From the human T2T-CHM13v2.0 reference genome, Homo sapiens, in assembly GCF_009914755.1 (NCBI RefSeq), contig NC_060925.1: a DNA stretch of 64,000 nucleotides; one strand, written 5' to 3'. A program made the translations under genes and the position numbers. Every line of letters starts with the position of its first letter. Within the stretch, counting starts at the first letter, position 1. The notes beneath the pieces are model-generated. The model was not told the origin of the DNA. It did not search any database and was given only the letters and a program-made list of their open reading frames with translations. Shown in pieces: positions 15,740-28,188 of the stretch.

Positions 15740-16760
15740 AGCCAGCTGTCATTAACTGCTTAGCTCCTTGGGGTCTGTGCTCAGCTTCGTTTCCCTCTGA
15801 TTCATCTCTTCCTTGCCACTGCTTCCCTCCCTCAGACTGTAAGCATGCTCAGAGCTCCCCATCTAAAACCAACCTCTTTTTGACCCCTCTCTCCTGCAGC
15901 TCACCATCCATCTTTTGTTCTCATCCCTGCCAAGTTCTTTCAAACTAGACTCATCTGCACCCACGGCCTCTACCTTGCTTACCTGCTGCAGCGTCAACCT
16001 TTGAGAGGCACTCCTACTCCCCCATCCCCTGAAGCTTCTTTGAGGTCTCCACACCCTTCTTTTCATGAAATCCACCACATCCCCCTCAGACCTATCATAG
16101 CTGCCCTTCAGCCCTCAGCCCCGAACCACTCAGCACCCCTGCTTCCTGAAATGTCTGGTAGCCTGCTCCTCCCCTTTGGCTGCCCTCCCTCTTGATTACT
16201 GTGGGCACAGCCCAGCTTCTCCACAGCCTATTCTCTGCATCCTCTCCTGGGTGGCCTCATCTCTCCCAGGGCCTTGACTGTCACCTCCATTGCGATGACC
16301 CAGCTCCAGCTCCGATCACCCTTTGGCCATTTCCAGAAGGCTGCTGGACCCCTCCCATGGGCACAGCCAGCCCAACCTGTCCAGGAGTGGACTTCGTATC
16401 CCATCCCCCATCCCCCCAACCAGCCTGTCCGTCAAATCTCCCTCATCCTCCTCAGCATTTCCCTGGGAACTCAGCTTGAAATAGAGTCATCTTTGCCTCC
16501 TCAGTCCCCCAGCCACTATGCCCGGAAGTCCTCCCACGAGACATCTTTCCTGTCCATCTTCATCTCTGTTCCCACTGCTTCCTCTTAGGTTTAACTTTTC
16601 GTCATCTTTGACCATGATTGCTTCCTGGCAGTTCTGCCTGCTCTCACCCTCTCCTCCTCCCCTCTGCACAGCGTCTTGGATGATCTTCCTATAGCATCTT
16701 TCAGGTCCTTCAGAAAATCCTCAAAAATCCTCAAAAGCTTCCCATTATCAACAGAGTAGA
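15740..16760 (+). mobile_element. LINE-2 remnant (very degraded)
   Basis: C/T-rich L2-like sequence such as CTCTCCCAGGGCCTTGACTGTCACCTCCATTGCGATGAC and GAGTCATCTTTG. Confidence 0.6.
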
Positions 16761-17533
16761 CTGTATATTTGTGTAGTGATCTACAATCTAAAAAGCACTT
16801 TCACATAAAGTCAAAGAGGTAATGTTATTCTTCTTCTTTTATGGATAAGAGAACTGAGGCTCAGGGAGGTATGGGGAGTGGTCAGGCTTCACCCAGTACT
16901 ACAGAGCAGATCTGGGACTGGGGCTGAGGCCTTCTGTGGGTGAGGCCTTTCAGTGGGTGCATCGCCCACTACAGTCCTCTCAGTCTGCCCTGGGGACCTC
17001 AGCAATGTAGCCCCTAGTTGTCACCCTGCTGCCCAGCCTGGATCCAGTGCCCCTGCTTAGCCCCTGGTCTTGCCCAGAACACACTGGGCAGTTTCCCATG
17101 CCCCTTGCTCAGGCTGCTCATTCACTTTCTGCCCACAAAGTCCTCCTCCAGGCCACTAGCCCATCTCTGCAAGCACAAAGCATCCGGTGCCTCCTTCAAG
17201 GCCCAGGCTATGTGTTGCTTTCTCCAGAATCCTTCCCAGCCCCTGCCAGCAAGGGAGTATGCTCCTCCCTTGTCTGGGACCCCTGGAACACACCACCAGG
17301 AGCTCCAGCTGATTCTGAGCAGGGATTGACACAGCCGGGCCTCCAGTCCCCATGCTTGCAGCTCTTGGGGGGTGTCTTCATAATAGGCCCTTCACAAATG
17401 CCAAAGAAACAAATGGTGGATGGGGCTGCCCAAGATTCTCCTCCTTGAGGAGGCCCTTTCAGACCAATTGGCCCAGCAGTTCCAATCACCTCCCGAGCGT
17501 CACATACACCTTCATGGGTAAAATGCATCACAC

Positions 17534-17853
<320 letters not shown>

Positions 17854-20800
17854 CCACACATCAAACCTGGCTCAGTCCTCGGACGGTCCAGGTTCTAGTG
17901 TTAGCTCTGCCATGTGGCTTCCCTTGAACCTCTCTCATCTGTGACCAGGGACTAATAACACCTGCTTTGCTATCTCCCTGGTGTATAGTGAGCATTCAAT
18001 GGGATACTGTCTGTGAGAATTTCTGTATTTTTATTATACCAAGAAGAATGAGCTTGAAGGGAATTCTTTTATAAACACTAAACTTTTGTGCACCCGTGAG
18101 GGGCTTTTATAATTATATACAGGTGTGTCCACCTAACACTGCCTCCCTCTGCTGTAAGGTGGCGAGGGTGTGAAAGCCCAGAACCCTCACTTCATCAAGT
18201 TCTAAGATTAAAGGGCTGATGCTTGAGGGATTCTCAAGGGATTCCCTGAAGGGTAGGTGGGACCAGGGCTCAAAATGATGCTCACCTCCAGGACCCTCCT
18301 GGGTACCAAGCCCTGCCCCTCACTGCTGGATGGGTATGGCTAAGTTCATTCCTTCTCTGGGTCTCAGTTTCCTTATCTGGAGAGGTTGGATTGAAGCTCA
18401 GATGTTCACTTGTTTTTTTTTTAAGAGCCACAATGTTCAAAGAAAGTCTTATACCAGGAACCCATACATGAAATAACCAGAGCTGCTTCATCTAAAACAG
18501 GGTGGCTCCCTGAGCCCCCAAGACCTGACCCTCCTTCCCAGCCTTGGAGGTCCCGAGGCTCCTCTGTGGAGCCCTAAGGGGTCCTCAGTGTATCAAGACC
18601 CAGGAAACATGTTCTGATTCTCACTGGAGGGATTGTGTATTGGGGCCCTTCATGCCTTCCTTACCTGAGTGTGAACTCTCTCTGGAGCCTGCAGGAGAGA
18701 CTATGGCTTTTTTATGCCTCTACCCACGATGCTCAGCTCACTGTCTGATACACAAAAGGGGCTCAAGAAATGTTTACCCAACAGAATAAATGAATGAATG
18801 ATGATGAGATTAGGAAAGAAATGCGAAGGACAACCTTGCTTTAGGAGGTAGGAACAGTTCCATGCTGTCTGGAGGAACGGGAACTAGATGGCCTTGACCT
18901 ACCCCATGCCTCCCCACCGCCTCACAAACACACAGGGAAACACGCAGCCTGTGTTCTTCCCGTGGGCCCAGTATCTGGCACAGAGAAGCCCTGACTGGGA
19001 AGAAGTGAGCTGGAAGGAGGGAGGGAGAAGGAGGCAGAGACCCAGGGTGCAAATCTGAGCAGAAGGAGGGTGGTAGAAAAGGAGAGGAAGGGAACTTCCA
19101 GGAAGTCACTGCAGGGGCAGACAGGCATGGTTATGGGCCCCTTGGGGGAAGGGCTAAGGGCTTTCCTGACACCCAGAAATCTTTTTGTCCCAAATGCCTG
19201 CTCTTATCCAACAGTTCTCCTCCTTGTGCACACACTGGCCAGAGCAATGCTGAAAAAACAAGACAGGGACCAAAATATCCTTCTGCCTGCTGGAAAGGAC
19301 AGAGAAAAATTCTGAAACCCCCTCCAATCCCCAAGCTCTCCCCACAGGGCTGAGCCAAGCCTTAACAGCCAGTACTCCTTGCCTTCCTTCCTGGGCTCTG
19401 GAGGGGTGTGCTGGGATACTTCAGCCTCCTTGGGCAGCCCTTTCTGACCTGAGGAGTATAGCCCAATTTGGAGAGTTCCAGGGAGAAAAGAGCAGGGCTG
19501 CTCAGCAAGGTTCCCCTCACCCAGGAGTGCTTCCCCTTCAGCCCTCCCTCTTCCCCACCCACCTCTGCCCACAGTGGGGAGGCTGCAGGTGCAAGGGGCC
19601 AGTGGAGAAACCCAGGACAGGGGCTTAGGAAGAAAAGAAGTAGGATCAAGCGGTAAAAGGACCACAGGCGATCTTTACATTTACTGTGGCATTATCTCAC
19701 CCCCTGAGTCACATGGAAAATAGAAGCTTTGCATTGGGCATCTTGGAGGGCACCTAAACTTGGTACCTGTGGGATTTGGTACCAACATTAGCATCCCTGG
19801 CTGTGCAGGGCAGATTTCATAATTTTGCATTCTCTTTCCCTTTCCACCCCCACGCTTCACTGGCCTGGTGCTGCCTACTTGCCTTTTTGATAAAATATCA
19901 GTGCTGGACGCTTTCCAAAAGCCAGCTCATTATGTTCTCATAACCATCCTACACCGAGGGGTATTCCTACACTGCTGTTACAGGTGGGGAAACCAAGGCT
20001 CAGCTTTTGAAGGCAGGTGAAGCTTGGAGAGTTGCATGGCTGCAGTGTGTGAGGGGACCCTGGTGTGGGGAGGGTCATCTTGTCTAAGGGTCCTGGACAC
20101 ACTGTGAAAGCCAGAGAGTTTTGACTCAGGATACATTCCAGACACCTTGGCTCCATCTGTTCTGCCTACAGCCTCCCTCATTGTCCTTTCCTCGTTATAG
20201 ATCTGTGACCTTGCCTCTTCCTCTACTCGCCTCCATCACAAACTTCCCCTTCTCTCAGCCCTGCTCTCTGTGCCTCACAGGGGAGCTGGGAGTTAGAAGA
20301 CTTCCAGGGGGAAGGACCAAGTTCTGTGGTCTCCATCTCAGCCCATCTCTCGCACCTTGGAATGGACTTACCAGCTGTTGGTGTAGGATGGGTAAACTGA
20401 GGCCAGGAGAGGAAAAGTGGCCTGCTTGAGGTCACGCAGCCAGTGAGTGGCAGAGTAGAGCCTAGAAGCCAGCTTCCAGCTCTTCTGACTCTCGGTCAAG
20501 TGCTCTTTTCACCGCACCAAATGACCCTGCTGCCCAGGAGATCTCAGCACCGACCCTCCTACCTCCGTGTCAAGCCAGAGGACTGAGGAGACCGTGTGCT
20601 TCCCCCAAGGCAGCTTTCTGGAATAGACCCTGCCTTGGCCAGTTCTGTTGTCAAATAGGCTGGTCTAATCCCTGAGGCTGGGAACAGGCAGGGGTGGAAG
20701 GATGGAGAAGATAAGGGAAGAAGATTTTGGCTTATTTTGCCCAGAACTGAGAAACAAATTACCTACAGGCATTATGCAAATGCATCCACTACATGTCAGC

Positions 20801-22409
20801 AACCTGTGGTAAGATGAATCGGAGGTGGGAGTGTATGTGTATGGGAGGTGGTGGTGGGTGCTCAGTTGCCCTCCAGAGCTGAAGATGCTGTCAATAGTTA
20901 GACAGGGTGACCCCACTCACCCATCCCCGTCCCCAAGCTGGGCCCATCTGGGTCTTCACAGTCTCTTCTGACATCTAGTTGAGTGACCATTGGGAAGCTG
21001 AGTGTAAACTGAGAGAGAAAGCCTTGAGCCAAAAATGGCTTAAGTCAAGCAAAGGGTGGAGAGGCAGGGGATGGTCGCAAAGGCCTGCATGTCTGGGTGG
21101 CAGGGGGAGTAGGCAGGACGTCAGGTGCTGTTGGGCGTGTTGACAAAGTCAGCAGGGGAAGTGCAAGGGGACGAGGAGGAAGGAGAGTTTACACTTCCTA
21201 ATTTCTCCAACTAGCTTCTAGGGAAGGAATGTAATTTTGCTGTCTGAGGCACTGATTCCTTGCTCCCCCTAAAGGCAGAAATGGAAGTTATTTTTCCCCA
21301 CAGAGGGCTTCCCCCTCCTCCTCAGAAGACTCAACTGCCCTTCCTCCCTGCCTCCCAGCTACCCAGGTTCCGGGTCCCACATCATTCCTCACTGTGATTC
21401 AGTGCAGCCCCCAATGGGAGCAACGTGCCCACCCTCCTCTGGGCAGAACCCTTTTCCTTGCATTCTGAGATCCAGTGAGGGGGGCAGTACCCCCAGAGGC
21501 CAGGTTGGGTTGTGGCTAGCTAACATTGGGGTCCCCAGCCTGACTCTCTTTGCCTTCCTAGAACCCTTGCCCAATACCCACAAACAAGGATTTCTCAGGT
21601 TGGGATCTCTGCGAGGCATCCATCCATGTCCAGGGTCTGGTCATTAGTTAATATCAGTGGACTGCCTAAACCGAAACTGGCAGAAGGTGGCCAGGGGAGG
21701 GGTCTGGACCCAGTGGAGAGAGTCAGGAGCCTGGGATTCTTATTTTGGTCCTGTTAGGATTTGCCCTGTGACCCTCCGGAAGTCCCTTGCTTCCCTGAGC
21801 CTGCTTCTTTATCTGTAACATGAGGGGATTGGACTGGATGCCTTATGGCTTAGCGCTGTGCTATGAAGAGGAAGAAGGAGGAAGGAAAAGGAGCGCAGAG
21901 CGGGTTACACTGCCAGGAGATCCTGGGAAGCTAGGTCACTTCCCTGAGCCTCAGCATCCTTATCTGCAAAATAGAAATTGCTAATAGACTAAAAGGCAAT
22001 TCTGAAAGATGGATGAGAAAGGAATATAATGACTCAGGGTAGAGCCTGCAAAACAATATGGGATGAGAAGATGCAGGGACTGGTTTCATGGAGAGAGCAG
22101 GGTTTTAGGATTGGGGGAGGGTGCCAGGGCTACCGACTGCTTTGGGAGATCCCAGAGGGGGCATTCTGAAGTCCTGCAGAAGAGATGCTGTGCCGTGAGG
22201 GGTGAGGGGTCGCTGGAGGCCAGACCAGGGCTCCCAGGAGTCCTGCATTGAGAAGGGAGAGAGTGGACACAGGAAGGATGCGCCTCTGTCCAGTCCTGAG
22301 GCTGGGCGCACACACCAGGCCCTTCGAAAAGCTCACATTTTTTCCAGCTTTTCTCACCCAGTATCACTTCCTTTGTTAAGAGGAGGGGGTGGGGGAGGAG
22401 ACGGAGGAT

Positions 22410-22680
22410 GAGGAGGGAGGGGCTGGCGGGTGCCGCCGCCGCCCCCGCCCCCTCCCGGTGTGCGGAGCCCGATTGTCACTCAGCTCCTGCGCCGGGGGCG
22501 ACAGAGCCGCAGGCGCCCGAGTCGAGTCCCAGCCAGCTACCATCCCTCTGGAGCTTACCGGCCGGCCTTGGCTTCCCCAGGAATCCCTGGAGCTAGCGGC
22601 TGCTGAAGGCGTCGAGGTGTGGGGGCACTTGGACAGAACAGTCAGGCAGCCGGGAGCTCTGCCAGCTTTGGTGACCTTGG
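22410..22680 (+). other. ADORA1: ADORA1 non-coding 5' exon from promoter A (start approximate; internal acceptor at 22580/22581)
   Basis: Strong donor TGG|GTAAGT at 22680/22681; CTTCCCCAG|GAATCC acceptor at 22580; inside the CpG island. Confidence 0.8.
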
Positions 22681-23029
22681 GTAAGTCTGAGTCTCGGTTC
22701 ACCCCTGGGGCTCCCCAATGGGGGTGCAGGAGAGGGTTGAAAGAAGAGACCGGAATGCCCCCTTGGGGCAGGCCATGGGCAAGGTTCCCCGACAGAGCTG
22801 GAACGGGACCAGAGGACTGCTAAGATCCAGGCACCAGACGGGTCTCAAGTGGGTGGGCGCAGGGCAGGTGCGGGCACGCTGGGGAATAGGGAGAAACGCC
22901 CCAGCCTTGTCCTGGGCTCCGTCCCCAGACCCACGTCTGCCACCCCAGTCCCAGGTGCGAAACAGGGGCGCTACCTCTTTAAAAGCGTCCGGGGCTGAGT
23001 CTCTGCCGTACCATGTGATTGCTTGAAAG

Positions 23030-23184
23030 GCCGGGCTGGGAGCGCTGCGGCGGGAGCCGGAGGACTATGAGCTGCCGCGCGTTGTCCAGAGCCCAGCCCA
23101 GCCCTACCGCGCGCGGCCCGGAGCTCTGTTCCCTGGAACTTTGGGCACTGCCTCTGGGACCCCTGCCGGCCAGCAGGCAGGATG
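23030..23184 (+). other. ADORA1: ADORA1 non-coding 5'UTR exon (promoter B or cassette exon) carrying two upstream ATGs
   Basis: Acceptor AAAG|GCCGGG at 23029/23030, donor ATG|GTGAGC at 23184/23185; ATGs at 23067 and 23182. Confidence 0.8.
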
Positions 23185-23593
23185 GTGAGCTCCCTGCATC
23201 CTGTTCTGTGCACAGGGGTGGGCAGAGCCAGTCATGGGAGACCCCTCTGTGCGTGTGTCTGTGTGTGCGCGCGCGCTGGGAGCTGCCTCACACCTGATAA
23301 AAAAGCCAGTGGAGGAGTGAGCGCTGCTATTTTAAGTTGCTGAATGGAACCTCTGGGAATGATAAAGGGAAGGGACAAAGATTAGGCAGAGAAGGGTCCG
23401 GGTGCCCCTCCAGCCTGGGTAGGAGCTGCATGTGACAAGTGGGACACATCACAGGGTACCTGGAGTTCCAGGGCAGCCTGAGCTCCCTGCCCCTCCCAGA
23501 CGGGTCTCCCCATCCCAGGCTTCCCTGACCACACAGGTGCTTGCCTCGTGCCCCTTGGTGCCCGTCTGCTGATGTGCCCAGCCTGTGCCCGCC

Positions 23594-23934
23594 ATGCCGC
23601 CCTCCATCTCAGCTTTCCAGGCCGCCTACATCGGCATCGAGGTGCTCATCGCCCTGGTCTCTGTGCCCGGGAACGTGCTGGTGATCTGGGCGGTGAAGGT
23701 GAACCAGGCGCTGCGGGATGCCACCTTCTGCTTCATCGTGTCGCTGGCGGTGGCTGATGTGGCCGTGGGTGCCCTGGTCATCCCCCTCGCCATCCTCATC
23801 AACATTGGGCCACAGACCTACTTCCACACCTGCCTCATGGTTGCCTGTCCGGTCCTCATCCTCACCCAGAGCTCCATCCTGGCCCTGCTGGCAATTGCTG
23901 TGGACCGCTACCTCCGGGTCAAGATCCCTCTCCG
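23594..23934 (+). CDS. ADORA1: Adenosine A1 receptor, coding exon 1 (aa 1-113 plus 2 nt of R114; TM1-TM3)
   Basis: GCCATGC start at 23594; translates [30 protein letters not shown]...SLAVAD...[12 protein letters not shown], with class A GPCR GN, LAxAD and DRY motifs. Donor CG|GTGAGT at 23934/23935; exon acceptor ACACAG|G at 23536/23537. Confidence 0.99.
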
Positions 23935-25689
23935 GTGAGTCCACAGCGCCGAAGGTACTCGCAGCACCACATGATGGCTGGCTTGAGGGCCATCTAGAAA
24001 GGAAAAAAGGTAGAGCATAAGACCCCAAGTAAGCCAGATGTTCTTTGGGCCATCGTGCTCCAGTCCTCACTCTGCCTTTCCGTGCTCCGCTCTGCAGGGC
24101 CAGAGAAACAGGAGGGGGATGGGTGGCTGGAGGACTGTACTGTGAACTTACCAGTGCCCATGACCTCAGAGCTGAAGCTCTTGCAGCCAGGGAACCTGAG
24201 GCTGCCTGTCAGGCCTGAGGTGGAGGTGGGAGATTTGGAAGAGCCACTAAGATGGGGTCACAGTGAGTGCTGGGTAGGAATGAGCTGAGCTCTGCCAGTC
24301 CCAGGGAAGAGGAAGAGGAAGAGGCAGAGAAGAGAGTTAGGGTGGGGTGGGAACATACTGAGGGTGGCACAACAGGGGCAGGAGTGCTGCTTCTCCAGCC
24401 AGACCACGGCAGGCTTCCCAAAGGCACGCTTTGGCTCTCTCATTCACCAGGTATCTCTGTGCTAGCCAGCTGTTCCTTCCAGGGCTTTCCAGCTGAACCC
24501 AACAGTCTGATTACCTTTGCCTCACTCCCACTTATGGGACCTCTGTTACAGACAGGAGGAAGGAAAAATGCTGGTGCCTACTTCTCATATTGCTGTTCTG
24601 TTGCAAAACCACCTCTTTGCTGGTCACAGTAGAGGTGCTTGTGCTGCTCCCAGGCAGCACTGGGATGGGTGGCCTGCTGGTGCCGTCCTCAGTGTGGGTG
24701 TCCAGCCCATGTTGGAGCTCCCTGCCAGGCCACAATCTCATCACCAGGCAGTGCCTTGGGCCACCAAGTGCCAGCGAGTGCCTGGGCATATTGCCAGGGA
24801 CTGGCCCTGCTGGGACGCTCTTGTGAGGCATGCTTGCCCCCTCTTTGAATTCTTGCCCCCAGTAGATTCCTTTTCTCCTGGGGAGCTCTGGCCATCTCCA
24901 GCACCTGCCACCCCCGGCATAGCTTCTCTGGGATGTAGGGCCTCTGACCTCACTTGGCCCCTTGCCCGGGCAGGCCTAGGGACCCATGTTTCTCCCTTTG
25001 TGTTACATTTGTGCACATTTAACTTTTCAAAGCCTTTCTTACATGCATGATTTTTTCCTGTTATCATCACGCCGCTGTAAGGGAGGTGGAGCAGGAGCTT
25101 TTAAAGGGGGAAACTAAGACTCAGAGGGTCTCCTTGAAGCTCACTCAGAAGTGTGATCTAATTATCTGCCTTCCTTCCTGATTCCCCATGCCCAGTGGCT
25201 TGATGCCAGTCTCTCTGCCCTGTCTACCTCCCTCCACCCTCCAGGTTTTCCAGGGAAGGTGGGGTGAATAAGGGAACACAGCCAGAAGCCCCATAGGCTC
25301 ATCCACTGAGGGGCCCACATGCTGCCATTAGTCCCAGGTTGCTGCTGGGCTGCACATATAAAGCTGGTCTCAGTGCATTAGAAGAGCGGGGCCTCTGAGC
25401 CTGGCCATTATAACGAAGTGTTGCCACATTTGGAAACTCATGCAGATGTCCAGCTGTAGGAAGGCTGCTGGAGAAATTCTGTCTGCTGAGTGAGTGTTAA
25501 GGTGAGCCAAAGGTCCCGTCTTGCTGTGACAGAATGCACCCTACTTGCCCTGTGGGGCTGGGATGGCTGCACTGGTGGGAACAGCAGACTTATTCCTTCA
25601 GGAGGCAGCTGCTGTGGCTTTGGAGCTGGGGTCCTGGGGAGCTGTCCTTTGAGGGTGGAGGCAGGGACCTGCACAGAGGCTGCCATGGG

Positions 25690-25915
25690 CCTGAGTTCAA
25701 ATCCTTGCTGGGAATTTCTAGCTGTGCAAAAGTCACTTACCTAACCGCTTTAAGCTTTAATGTCCTTATGTATAAAAGGGAACATTAATAATAGTGCCTA
25801 CTCCCTAGGGTTATTGGAATAATTTAATGAACTCATATATGCGAAGCACTTGTATTAATATTATGCCTCATATATGCAAGCCATAGGGAGGTCTTATTTG
25901 TAGTTTTATTGTCAC
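25690..25915 (+). mobile_element. MIR SINE
   Basis: CCTGAGTTCAAATCC...AAGTCACTTACCT...ATAATAGTGCCTACTCCCTAGGGTTATTG. Confidence 0.75.
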
Positions 25916-27287
25916 TATTAACATATGGCTCAAGTGTGGCTGGATAGGTGAGCCCTACTCCTGCCACTCACGCTCTTAGGTGTCATTCGGTGTCAACACA
26001 TACACACGAAGAAACACGCACACAAACACATACGCAACACATCTCCCAGGAGGTGTCTAAGTACTGTGAAGTTATATCTATACATGTTTCTACTCCTCTG
26101 GTGCAGTGTTGGTGCCTCAAGGCAGCATCCACATCTTATCTATTTCTGCAAATTCTTCAGAATGCCCAGCTCAGTGTCTGGCACATCACAGACCCTCAGT
26201 AAACGTTGATTGAATTGGCCAGGTTTACGGAACACACACAGTTGAGCCTCAAGCCTATCTTCCAGAAGTCTAACCTCTCACTTTCTTGCTGTGGGCTAGA
26301 CCTGTCCCCACTTCTGATTCAGGGCCATGACCACAGATGCCCCCACTGGCTCAGCGTGGCTCCTTGACAGCCACACACCAGCAGTGCCTGGGAGTGTCCT
26401 GCCCCATGGAGAGGAGCCTTTCTCCTGAGTTAGGGAAAGGCTGCTGGGGCCTCACTTCTCAAGCAGGGATCCTGGCTGAGGTGTTGGGCCATTCTGGGCT
26501 CCTGCGTGGCACTGCCCAGGTCCCTTCCAGGAGGAACAGCATGCTTTGCTCCCCTCTACGTGGCTGGAGTCAGCAGGCTGCTGGGTCTACGAAACTCCTC
26601 TTGGCCAGAGGTCCCCAGGCACCAGGCTTGCTGCCCTGACATGCCAGTCAAAGGTAGATGTGGCCCTGGGCACAGAGAGTCGTACTGACCGAGCACTGGT
26701 GAGGCGTGTCTGGGGCACCCGGATACAGGTGTCTGCTGGCTATCACCAAGTGGGGCATGGTTTGGTCAGTCAACCACAAATTTTCTTTCTTTCTACTTGG
26801 CAGAAAACCAAGAGAGAAAAGAGATTCACACCATATAATATGATCCAGTTACAAAATTTTTTCTTTTTAAGCTCAAATTGTTGATTCATCAGTAACCTGT
26901 GGTCATTTGCATATAATTTGCACGCTATTTGCATAGCACCTCCCCATGCTTGGTAATTGAAGCCCTATTCCCCTCAGCTCCTGGTTCTAGGGAATCTCTA
27001 TTATTTGTCCCTTAACCCCTCACCCAGAGCTTTCTTGGTGGCAATTTGGTGCCTACTCCCGAGGGCTAGTTGTAGGGAAGTGTGCCAACAGAGGGCTCCC
27101 TGACCAAACCTCTCTGTGGGAAGGAGACCCTAGCAAGGGGGCTGTCCATGGCCAGCTGGGTTGGAGTGGAGTGAGGGATGGTGGGTGTTTGCGAGTCAGG
27201 CAGACCTGAGTTTGAACCTTGCTCTGTTACTAATTAGCTATGCAACCTTTGATAAGTTATTCAGCCTCTCTGAGCCTTTCCCCTTCA

Positions 27288-27663
<376 letters not shown>

Positions 27664-27764
27664 TCAGCTCTAATTCTGTGGTTCTTCCTTATCCTGACTC
27701 CTGCCAGTGCTGTGTTGGGATCCCGGGAGGGTTTTGTTGTGTTGTGTGTTTTAGCTCCTAGTGA

Positions 27765-28188
<424 letters not shown>

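Larger units (their letters stand above)
22300..23950. promoter_or_regulatory. CpG island with ADORA1 promoters A and B
   Basis: Visible CpG/GC enrichment; GC box CCCCGCCCC ~22443; TATA-like TTAAGA 22376-22381 and TTTAAAA 22978-22984, about 600 bp apart, consistent with my recollection of two ADORA1 promoters; kB-like GGGGCTCCCC 22707-22716. Confidence 0.8.

Noticed and set aside
23585-23593. ORF track's 3-aa N-terminal extension (GTG start)
   Set aside because: The real start is GCCATG at 23594, which gives exactly 326 aa.
23941-23970. REST/RE1-like half sites (ACAGCGCC and CAGCACCAC) after the donor
   Set aside because: Halves are in the wrong order and spacing for a canonical RE1.
23609-24070. 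153-aa antisense ORF over ADORA1 coding exon 1
   Set aside because: Expected shadow of a GC3-rich hydrophobic CDS; no independent gene signals.
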